Shown here piece by piece: positions 36,922-47,410 of a stretch of 64,000 bases of DNA. Numbering within the stretch: position 1 is the stretch's first letter; each line of letters opens with the position of its first letter. The position numbers and the translations under genes were made by a program. Under the pieces are notes generated by a model, which worked only from the letters and a program-made list of their open reading frames with translations, had not been told where the DNA came from and ran no database searches. Source of the DNA: Ranitomeya imitator (taxonomy: Eukaryota); the NCBI RefSeq assembly GCF_032444005.1, contig NC_091290.1, positions 130,076,001 through 130,140,000 of the forward strand. The letters run 5' to 3'.

Positions 36922-39900
36922 GCATTGTCACATGTTTTGATGTCCTGACGTTATGACATGAACTTCCCAATGTGACCCCAGCAAGTCCGAAGAGCAGGTG
37001 CCTCAGAAAGCCAGCATAGGATCAGCTGAAAACTTCGGGGCCAAGGACATGTAAGGGGCTCGGTGAGTGTGATTTATTTTTTAATTTTTGTTTACTCCTT
37101 CATGGCTCATTTACTATGCTTTGTGGTCGGCAGACCTCAGAGAACATTAAAGTGCACTTTTTAGATGCCAGTCAGGTTCATGGGTTTTGCATTGACACCA
37201 AATTAGAGCAAATCTGTCAAATTAGAATTTTGTCATATTCGCTCCTCTCTAGTTTCTGTCATTGGTTGATGACTGACAGTGTTTTAGTTCTATTTATCAA
37301 TCTCAAATTTGATCATAAGCTTCCTTCCTTCATATGTCCTTCCTTTCCTTTCCTTTTAGGTGGACGCATCGAAATGGCCAGCTTTGAAAAAAAAACAATG
37401 ATTTTGTAATCCTGTTTTGATATTGAATTCGTGTCTGAAAACATCAGAGTCTGGAATGAAATCTACAGAAAGATAATGGTGGCCACGTCTTAGATAGGTA
37501 TTCCCATCAAAAGACATTTATGCCATTTAGGAGTAAACCATATATGTCTGACAGGTGGTGTGCCACTTATTAGAGAACTATGACCTCAATTCTTTTTAGG
37601 GTGGAATGAGTGATGAGTCGCTCTGTAGCTCTTTCTATACATCACTATATAAATTTGGGCAAAGGATGAAGTTGGACAATGTGTCCACTTCCATTAATGT
37701 TTCCTCTACGAGGGACCCAAATATTACTATTTTCTATTGATTTTATGGTTTGGGGTGGAGGGGCAGGGATGACATTTTCATTATTTACCTTCACAATACC
37801 AGCACCCACTCCTGTATCGGCGAAATAGGATACGAGTAAAGATGAGACAATTCTACCAACATTCAAATTTAGGATATTTGCCCAAATGTGTCCATGGAAT
37901 ATGATTTGCATTCTATGTCAAATCGAATGTGTCCCTATTGACAGTAAAAAACAAAAAACACATTTAAAAAATAAAAAGCGAATACGCTCTCTTCATCTAG
38001 ACTTTTGGCTTTGGTCTTCTGCTCTTCAATCTCAAATCTTAGGAGCAGTTGGGGACATAAATGCACCAAAGAGTGAAGAATGATGAGAAGACTGGAGTCA
38101 CAAGTAGGAAGCCGGGTGGGACAAGTAAGGGTTTAACGTATTATTTTTATTTTTTACACCCTTCCCAGCCCTGTAAATAATCCAAGAAATGTGTGCCTGG
38201 CCACCATTTTGCTGGATTCAACATTCAAATCTAAAAAAAATGTGATTTTGATAAATTCACATTTATTGTGAATTTGATTTACTTCAAATCAAATTTTCTT
38301 TACTACAAGTAAATTAAATATCCAGAAATGCCAAACTAATATTTTCACGTACACAATATATTTAATAAAATTGTGATGACTTTAGGTGAGGAAGAGAATG
38401 CAGATATTTATTTTTTAGTTTCTTCTCTTGGTGATTTTGTAGATATTGCCTGTGATTTTGTTTGATGGCAAGTATGTGTTTTAACTTTTCTTAGTAAGCA
38501 ACGATATCAGAAAACTAAAAGAAATCTTGGTCTTTCAGGTTTCAGAAATGAAATGACCTGGCTCTATCCTCTTGTCACTGTATAGTGCACAAGCGTAGAG
38601 AAATTAAACATGAAAGGGCAGACATCTGAGAGACAGAAATTACCCTAGGGGCGCACGCTGCTGCCGTCCATCTGTAAATTTAAACAGCTTGGCCATTAGA
38701 ATAACCAGTCAGAATAAATGGCCATGTGTGAAAACGAAAAGACAGTAGCCTGTCTAACACAAAGAAATATATTTAAATTGCACACAAAAAAACAAAGGGA
38801 AAGAAGACAATAAAACTTGAAATGAGCAAATTTGCTCAAATTCAAATTCGGTAAATTTGCACAAATTCATGAAAAATTCGATACCTATTGAATTTATTTA
38901 ATGTGAGTCTGACATGACATTAAAAATCATAATACATGGATGAGCTAAGAATGGCGTTAAAGAACAATAAACTATCATACTCACCTAGCCCCTCACTTGT
39001 TTTGATGGTCTTCCAATGGCATCCTGAGACATGCATGTTTTCCATTTACTCTTCGTTGGCACTTCCCACTTCAACGCATGTTGTAAAGTCATAACATTCT
39101 CATGTGAGTTGCCCCATTCAATCAAGTGGCCATGTGGGGCAACACATTTTATGATGTCATAACGCGTTTTGAGACTTAGCCAGAAAGTCTGCCAAGGAGT
39201 GAATAGAAGAATGAACCCAGAGCAAGTGCCATCGGAGAGCCGGTTGGGAGCTACAGGAGTACTAACAGGTGATGGTAAAAGTAAGTTTGATATTCTATTT
39301 TTTTGCAACCCTTTACCATCCCATCTAAAGCAAAATGAAGGCCAAGTGGCCACCATTTTGCATGATTTCCAAAAATTTGAATTCTTTAGAATTTATGAAT
39401 TCTAAACAAATTGAGTTAGTTTACAATCGATTTGCTCGCCCTTATGGAGAATGTTCACGATTGTTCAAATTATGGGCACAGTCTTTGGTTGCATCTTGGC
39501 CTCATATTATCCACAATATGGACGCTAAGTTTGAACACTGACTGGTATGGATCGAAAATTCAATTCTATTTAACCAGTACCGATAAAACAATGCACACAA
39601 ATTGTCGCCTTGTCATATAAGCCTTGCAGCCGTATATGAAAAAAAGGATGAATAGTCATATAAGGTGCCAATAAATAATCCAAATCGTGAGGCAGTTAGT
39701 TAAGAAGAGTGTGCGGAAAAGTGACAATTAATAGGATACAGTACAAACACCAACGTGGAAAATAAACTGCAAAGCTATACATGAAAACATGCAATATATA
39801 CACACCTAATGTAAAATAAAAGTCTAATAGAAAAAGACTTAATAATATACACATGTAGATAATGCAAAATTAAATGTGTTATTTATAGATTTCAATTTTT

Positions 39901-40652
39901 ATAATTATTTTTCATTAATGTGTTCAATAATAAAGAATTATAATCATTTTGTCTAATATTTTTGGGGGTTTGGTCCACTGAACTAATGCTTGAAAAAGGA
40001 AGATTTTTCTGGAAATGTTTATTTTTGTATCTTGCCCGATTAAGGTAGAGATCATTTGATCCTGCCTCTCAAACTCCAGTGATGGTCCATCTGATGGTTT
40101 CACCTCTTGGCATCCAGCCTCGGACAGAACCGCACTCAAGTGGCCATAACAAAATGGTGTTCATAAGCAGACTTTAACAGCTCTATTGAGATAATTGGTC
40201 AAGTGATGTCAAAAGGTTGTTCTGTCTAATATTCGAGTCCAGACAGGGAAGCCATCAGATGGAATATCACCGTAATATGATAGCAGGGATCCCGTGATCA
40301 CTAACTGAACAGCGGGAGCTGGGCAAGATACTAAAATAATTGTATTTAGAAACATTAGCATTTTTCAAGCATTAGTTCAGTGTGCCAAAAAGTAGTGGAT
40401 TACCCTTTAACTCTTGTTTTAATCTTCTATAGAGTTGAGCATGTTGATTCGTAATTAATTAAATTTGTTGTGAATTTCCAGAAAAAAATCAGATTTGCCA
40501 GAATAATTCTCACCTATCCTAGATCTGCTCCTCACCTGACCAGCTGCCACAGCCGAGAATGGTTTTCCACTCACGTTGAATCAGTCTTCTTTAGGTCTTC
40601 ATTTTAGATCTTCCCTTGCTTTGAAGGCTTCACATCATGTATGTGTCGTGAC

Positions 40653-40963
40653 TAGTGATGAGCGAATATACTCGTTGCCCGGGTTTTCCCGAGCAAACTC
40701 GTGTGGTCTCCGAGTATTTGTGACTGCTCAGAGATTTAGTTTTCCTTGCCTCAGCTGCATGATTTATGGCTGCTAGACAGCTTGATTACATGTGGGGATT
40801 CCCTAGCAACCAGGCAACCCCCACATGTACTCAGTCTGGCTAGCAGCCGTAAAACATGCAGCTGCATCAACAAACACTAAATCTTTGAGCAGTCACAAAT
40901 ACTCAGAGACCACCCGAGCGTGCTCGGGAAAACCCGGGCAATGAGTATATTCGCTCACCAATA
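40653..40963. mobile_element. hAT MITE (311 bp), palindromic, with perfect 8-bp TSD
   Basis: TAGTGATGAGCGAATATACTCGTTGCCCGGGTTTTCCCGAGCA...TGCTCGGGAAAACCCGGGCAATGAGTATATTCGCTCACCAATA; GTCGTGAC at 40645-40652 and 40964-40971. Confidence 0.93.
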
Positions 40964-41358
40964 GTCGTGACCATCATTGGTTCAATGGTGACTAGTAGGA
41001 ATTAAAAACCAAGAAGACCAAAGAGATGACCACTCCAAAGCGAGGAAGGACGAGTGAGAAGTGGGGCTAGAACAGGTGAGAATAATCTTTTAAAACTGTT
41101 AGCGCCTTTCGATCCCTTCTTTTCTTTAGTTCTTTCAGTTCCGGAGAGACATCAAAGCATTATACACATCCTTTCTGGTCAGTTTCGATATGAATCTATT
41201 TTTTTGGATTGAATTGAAGCTGCCTTTCAATTCGGTCGAATCTAGAATTTGGAAAATCTGCTTAACACTAGTTGTAAGGAGAAATAAATTAATTAATAAA
41301 CAGTTATGGAAAGTGGCACTGATTGGCTGAGACCAATAGATTACTTTTTCTATCTTAA

Positions 41359-41745
41359 AGGGGATATCTGGAACTTAAAAAAAAAATGTGCCTAAGCACT
41401 AACATGCAGGTAGTTGCTACCTACCTGTCTGTTGTGCCCGGTGTCTTTCTCTGCCAACACACAGCGGTCACAGACTTCCGCTGATGTCACATCAAGAGCG
41501 GCAATTTCTTTTCCTGTTGACAGGGCAGGCTACTGGTGTCATGCTGATTGACAGCTGCCTAATTGGAGGAAGTTGCTTGTCAATCAGCATGATGCCAGTA
41601 GTCCTGCCCTGTCAACAGGAAGAGAAACTGCTGCTTTGTTGACAGGGAGCAGCTGAATCTCTGGCAGGAAAAAATCAATGACAGGCGCCTGGTACAACAG
41701 GCACATACTGTAGTTGCCTGAGTTAGCCGGTTGTCTATATCCCCT
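41359..41745. mobile_element. T2/Kolobok-type palindromic MITE
   Basis: TTAA|AGGGGATAT...ATATCCCCT|TTAA with a long internal palindrome; same family as 55782-56199. Confidence 0.88.
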
Positions 41746-42817
41746 TTAAGCTGGTAGACAACTCCTTCAAACTTCATGTTATGGGCAACAACACCCTTTA
41801 TTTATCCAAGACATTATTTTTACATCCTACAGAGGAAGAAACATTGTGTTTCGGGGCCACAGATACTGTAATTGTACTTTGTCTGCCCTTTGACAGAGTT
41901 CCTATAGGTTATTATCCTAAGTAGTACACATGATTATTAACTCATCCAGCCTTCCCCTTTCACAAGATTACTCGTTTTCCCCAAGCGTTTTCCTGCTTCA
42001 CTGTAATTAGTCAACGGACAAGTTCAGCTTAACCACTGTTTTCATTTTGTGGACAGACTTCGAGACTTTAATTAAATGTGCATCTTCTGGTGCTCATCCA
42101 GTTGGGCCTTAACCCTTTTGCCATTAAGGAATGTCTAATGTACAGCAATTATATTACTATATATATATTTTTTTTATTAATGCAAGGTTGCGATACTTAT
42201 TAGATTTCAATGCTGCCATCAATTTTACATTATCTTATTAGCATAATTTTTCTTGTGTTCTTTTTTCTTATTATTTCCAACTGGAATATAATAAGGAAAG
42301 AGTATATATACGTATCCATTCTGACAAAATAGAATAGGCTTCTTGTTTTTGAGCCAGAACAAGAACTACAAAGACAGAAAAACTAAAAACTAACCAGCAC
42401 CTCCTAACAGAATGAGGGATGTGTGAACAGGTGCAAGTTGTTATGGCTGCATCATATACAAGCCAAAGAGTGCAGCAGAATGCTCTGAGCTAACATATGC
42501 CAATATTTCATATGCAAAAATCTAAAATGCATTACTGCTATATATTACCCAGAAGAGCATCATTACTGTAGAATAAGCAGCAGAGCCATATATTGTATAA
42601 CCTGAGATGTGTCCTTCTGTTCGAAGCCTCCAGCGCCGGTGCATTGATGCCCAGGGGTCAGAGCATGCCGTACTACCGTTATCTCCGGGATGTTGGTTGG
42701 AGCAGCAGCTTCACCGGTGGTGAGGACATAGAAAGAGAGAGAATGAAAAAGCTATCTGCTCACGTCAATAGCTATTATGTACAGATATGATCTTCCTTAC
42801 ACTTCTTGAGTCATGAC

Positions 42818-43020
42818 TAGAGTTGAGTGAATTTTTCAAAATTCGGTTCCGATTACGATCGGCAGCGAATATTGTGTTTGTAATATTCGCCGAACGTGAT
42901 TGGAGTCAATGGGAGAAGAAATGACCGAATATGTTCGGAACATAAATTCGACAAGAATTGAGTACCAATATGGCAAATTCAGAATCGGCAACCGATTCTG
43001 AACATATTTGCTCAACTCTA
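42818..43020. mobile_element. hAT MITE (203 bp)
   Basis: TAGAGTTGAG...CTCAACTCTA; 8-bp flanks GTCATGAC and GTCATAAC. Confidence 0.85.
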
Positions 43021-43952
43021 GTCATAACTCAACAAGTCTATCGCATACACATTTCTCAGTACGTGATGTGGGGTGCGCCTTCAAGGCTTAATTTATCTCC
43101 TCTTACTCTATCCGACACTCAACCTCTGTTCTACACTATAAAGTGAGCATAAATCCCACCCGGTTTTCCAGGAAGGCTCGGATTGGACTATTTAAAAATT
43201 GCTGTATTGTCCTTTGTGTAGAGACAATCACATGGACCCAGACTTAACAAGCTATTTTATTGATGTTTCCCATACAATATCCTAAGATGAGTGGTAGATG
43301 ATACTTTGTTCAGAACTGTTTATGCTAAATGTGTCTCTTTGTGACCAACCAGTGGCGGAAAGGTAAATTGCAACCAAAGGTTTTGCTGCCGTACAGGCAA
43401 AAATTTATTGAATTTGGGTCATAAAGAAATTGTTTCCTACTTCTGCTTTCCTGTCTGTCAAACTTCATATAAGCATGACATAACAGCAGGCTTTTAGTTC
43501 AGGGTTCGCAAACCAATAGACAATGGCAACGGCAATTAATGAAAGTCACGTCCTGGCTACTATTGTACTGGCCGGATGCTGTTGAAGAAGATTGACCTGG
43601 ATGGTGAATTATGGACAATTAAAGTTGACATATTAAACTGGTATGTGGATTAATTTCTTCGGGAGGGAATGAGGGCAGAAGTTGTGAAAGGACTATTGTG
43701 AAACAACCATTGACCCTAGATGGAGCCAATGGTTTCAAATCACTTTTTAAGGGACTGACTACTTCCCAAATTCACTTTTTAATGGATTTGATTCCACTAA
43801 TTTCCAGTTCTGACATGTGCTATGGTTTAGTCATTACTTACCTCTAGGACATGTCTTCGTTGGAACCAATTTCTCACTCTGAAATTAATATGTAGGAAAC
43901 AGTCACATCATTATCACCTGAAGGAGTCCTAGCAGGAATAGCTGAGGAACAT

Positions 43953-44965
43953 AATCAAACAAATAGGGCAGCACACTGCAGCGCCAAAACATGCAAACTT
44001 GAAAACACGAAATTTTTTATTTATTTTTTTTTTTTTTAAACTGCATTACTGCACTAGAAATATGAAAAATGAGAGCTTTTAGCGCATAAAAATGGCCAAT
44101 TTTATGTGTACCTCGTAGCCACGTTACGGCATCTCTCTTATACGAGGTCCTACTCTAAACCTACCTCTCTGAGAATAAACGTCTCCATCTGAATGGGTAC
44201 ATGTGAAACCTCTCCTTGGACTCAAATTCTCTCTCACTGTGGAGGGGTATTGGACCTACTATAATTAAAACACCTGAAGCTAGGAGGCAGGGAGTGCACG
44301 ATCAGAAGGCTAGAGAATACATTTCAAAAAACCTGATCTGCACATCCAAACATAGACACAGTGTGAACAGGTGCTGAACCCAGAGTCGCCAACTCGTATA
44401 TAATCAAACAAATAGGGCAGCACACTGCAGCGCCAAAACATGCAAATTTGAAAACACGAAATTTTTTTAAACTGCATTACTGCACTAGAAATATGAAAAA
44501 TGAGAGCTTTTAGCGCATAAAAATGGCCAATTTTATGTGTACCTCGTAGCCATGTTACGGCATCTCTCTTATACGAGGTCCTACTCTAAACCTACCTCTC
44601 TGAGAATAAGGTGTTTTAATTATAGTAGGTCCAATACCCCTCCACAGTGAGAGAGAATTTGAGTCCAAGGAGAGGTATTCTCAGAGAGGTAGGTTTAGAG
44701 TAGGACCTCGTATAAGAGAGATGCCGTAACGTGGCTACGAGGTACACATAAAATTGGCCATTTTTATGCGCTAAAAGCTCTCATTTTTCATATTTCTAGT
44801 GCAGTAATGCAGTTTAAAAAAATTTCGTGTTTTCAAGTTTGCATGTTTTGGCGCTGCAGTGTGCTGCCCTATTTGTTTGATTATATACGAGTTGGCGACT
44901 CTGGGTTCAGCACCTGTTCACACTGTGTCTATGTTTGGATGTGCAGATCAGGTTTTTTGAAATGT
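43953..44965 (-). mobile_element. Non-coding retro-type insertion: tandem plus inverted copies of a ~431-bp monomer with 15-bp TSD (Penelope-like / retrozyme-like candidate)
   Basis: ATAGCTGAGGAACAT occurs at 43938-43952 and 44966-44980. The monomer start ATAATCAAACAAATAGGG recurs at 43951 and 44400, and an inverted copy spans 44609-44967. No RT ORF is present. Confidence 0.85.
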
Positions 44966-45366
44966 ATAGCTGAGGAACATGACACACACACACACACACA
45001 CTGCGGCACAGATCCTCTACTCGCAGGGTTGTCAGCTACATTGCTAGAACATTCTTGATTACTAACATTAAAAATACATTGTAAAGAAAGCATCTGGAGA
45101 TCATGATTGCATTTCCATCTTCCTTCCTTATGTGGTTAGTACAAGATAATCTGCATATTTCCAATTCTCATAAATATATTGTAACACAATGCCAGATGTC
45201 CATGTCGACAGTTGCTTTATTGGAATAGGTTACAGTTGAGTTGGTGAAAAGGTATTTCCTCTTAAAGGGATTCTCATACTAGTGTTCAACCAACCAGTCA
45301 TGGAAATTTATCCTGAGGCCCTTCCGTCATCAATAGAAACTATGTTTTTAAGGCAATTCCTGCATG

Positions 45367-45961
45367 TGTTGCGGCAGTCGAACTGTCCCTCACAGTGTGG
45401 GAAAGTGCAATAAGAAGGGATGAGGGGAAGGAAGCCAAGACACTAGGGAAAGGGTGAGTGGAGACACCTAGGCAGATCTAATAACATCCTACCTGCCATA
45501 TCGTCCCTAAATTGGTTCCTCACCAATTGCCGAGCATTAAAGCTAAGTCCTGTATCTCCCTAGAGCTAAGCCCTGGATAAGTAGGGGGTAAGGTGAACAC
45601 TGGTCAGCCCCCACTGTAAACTAAAGGCAAAAAGGTAGACAAACGAGAGGAATGAACCTAGCTTCAGCAGACTCAGAAACGTAACACCAATTGCCCTCAA
45701 ATAGCTCCAGAGAGGACGTTAGCCAACTGCTATAGCTCCAAGCCTTCACAAGGGAAAAATGTGAATATCACCGGCGACTCTCTGCGGCAGACTGGGAATT
45801 TATATACACCCAGGTCCAGGTTTGTCAACTAGAGCCGGAAGGAGGTTGCCACTGGGTCCAAAATTCAGAAGGATTAAGGATGCATCTGTAATTCCAAACG
45901 CAGATAATTTCTGCAGCCAGATGCAGAGCAACAACTTGTTGCATCTGACACATCCTTGACA
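45367..45961. mobile_element. Probable degenerate Gypsy solo LTR
   Basis: TGTT... and ...TGACA ends with an LTR-like composition resembling 15533-16224; no TSD could be resolved. Confidence 0.35.
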
Positions 45962-46147
45962 CAAACAGCCATGAGACAAGCAGTCATGATGGGACTAGAA
46001 CATATTTTTGAGCACGCCAAAGACACTTTATTAGCACTCGAGCATGCTCAGATAATATCTTATTCCGAGCACGCTTGCTCATCACTAAAGAGTCACATTA
46101 GCAGAAATCAAAACCTTTTTCAATCAAAAACATCCTAACCGGCCAAG

Positions 46148-47410
46148 TCACATGGTAACATATGACCCCTTCTTTGATGATCCTTTCACAATTCTTGCAT
46201 AAATTGAACTTGCAAGGTTTTGGATATTTTCTGCTTGAATTTCTTTGCAGGATGTTAGAATAGTCTCCCAGGGCTGCTGCTTAGATGTGAATTGCCTCCC
46301 ACCCTCATAGATCTTTTGCTTGAAGATACTCCAAAGATTCTCTATAGGGTTGGGGTCAGGGGAAGATGGTGGCCATGCCATGAGTTTCTCTCCTTTGATG
46401 CCCATAGCATCCAGTGACTCGGAGGTATCCTTTGCAGCATGAGATGGTGCAATGTCAGCATATAGATGATTTCGCTATGAATGGCATGGTTCTTCTTTTT
46501 GTACCATGGAACAAAGTGTTCAGTCAGAAATTCTATGTGCAAAGCTCATTTTCACACTTTCAGGAACCGTAAAAAGGACTTAGCAGCTCTCTCCCCATGA
46601 TTCTGCCTCCAAAAAATGGCCCCGCCACCTCCTTGCTGGCTTCACAGCCTTGTTGGGACATGATAACCATCCACCAACCATCCGCTACATCTTCCATCTG
46701 GATCATGCATGATTGCATGTCACTACTTAGTAAACAAGAGTGGTTTACAATTAGTCTTCATTTATGCCTGGGCCCACTGTAACAATTTCTCCATTTCTGC
46801 TTGAGAGCAATATTTAGTAGTGGCTGAATGGTAGGTTTATGCACAGCTGCAAATTTCTAGAGGCTCTTACACCTTGAGCTTTGTGGGACTACTTTAGGCA
46901 CAAGCAGATTCAAATACCTTTGTGGTGCTTTTTAAGGGTAAATTAGCACCTGCTCTCTTAATCCAATGAATGTTGCTTGCAGAAACCTTCTTTATTATGC
47001 CTTTATCTGCACAAACCCATCTGTGCTTTGTATCAACCACAAATCTCTTCACTATATGGTGATCACACTTAACATTTTGGGAAATATCAAATATTTTCAT
47101 ACCTTATTCAAGGCACTGCACAATTAAATGCCTTTTGGCAGCAGAGATATCCTTTGTCTTTCCAATATTGCTTGAATCCTCTGGCTTCTTAATAATGTAG
47201 AACGTCCCCCTTAAGTCATTTTCTGTTAAATGGGCTCACCTGGCAAGCTAATTATCACAGATGTTAGAGATTCGTTTCAGTGACTCAATGACTGAGACAG
47301 AATACTATCCTTGAGATTATTTGAAAAGCAAAAAATTACATCTTTATAACATTTAAAGGCAATTTGGATAATAATAAAATAATAAAAGTGCGAAGTACAC
47401 TTATACTTAC
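46148..47410 (-). pseudogene. Decayed Tc1-like DD37E (TRT-type) transposon
   Basis: Fragments IGKTKDISAAKRHLIVQCLE*GMKIFDISQNVKCDH, then D-IAPSHAAKDTSESLDAMGIKGEKLMAWPPSSPDPNPI-E (37 residues counted between D and E) and KIYEGGRQFTSKQQ...KKGSYVTM*. Stops, frameshifts and deletions are present. Confidence 0.88.

Noticed and set aside
43953-44965. Canonical hammerhead ribozyme, or ordinary DNA-transposon MITE
   Set aside because: No CTGANGA core was found on either strand, so no ribozyme is annotated as a feature. The 15-bp TSD, non-terminal inverted arms and tandem monomer do not fit a cut-and-paste MITE.
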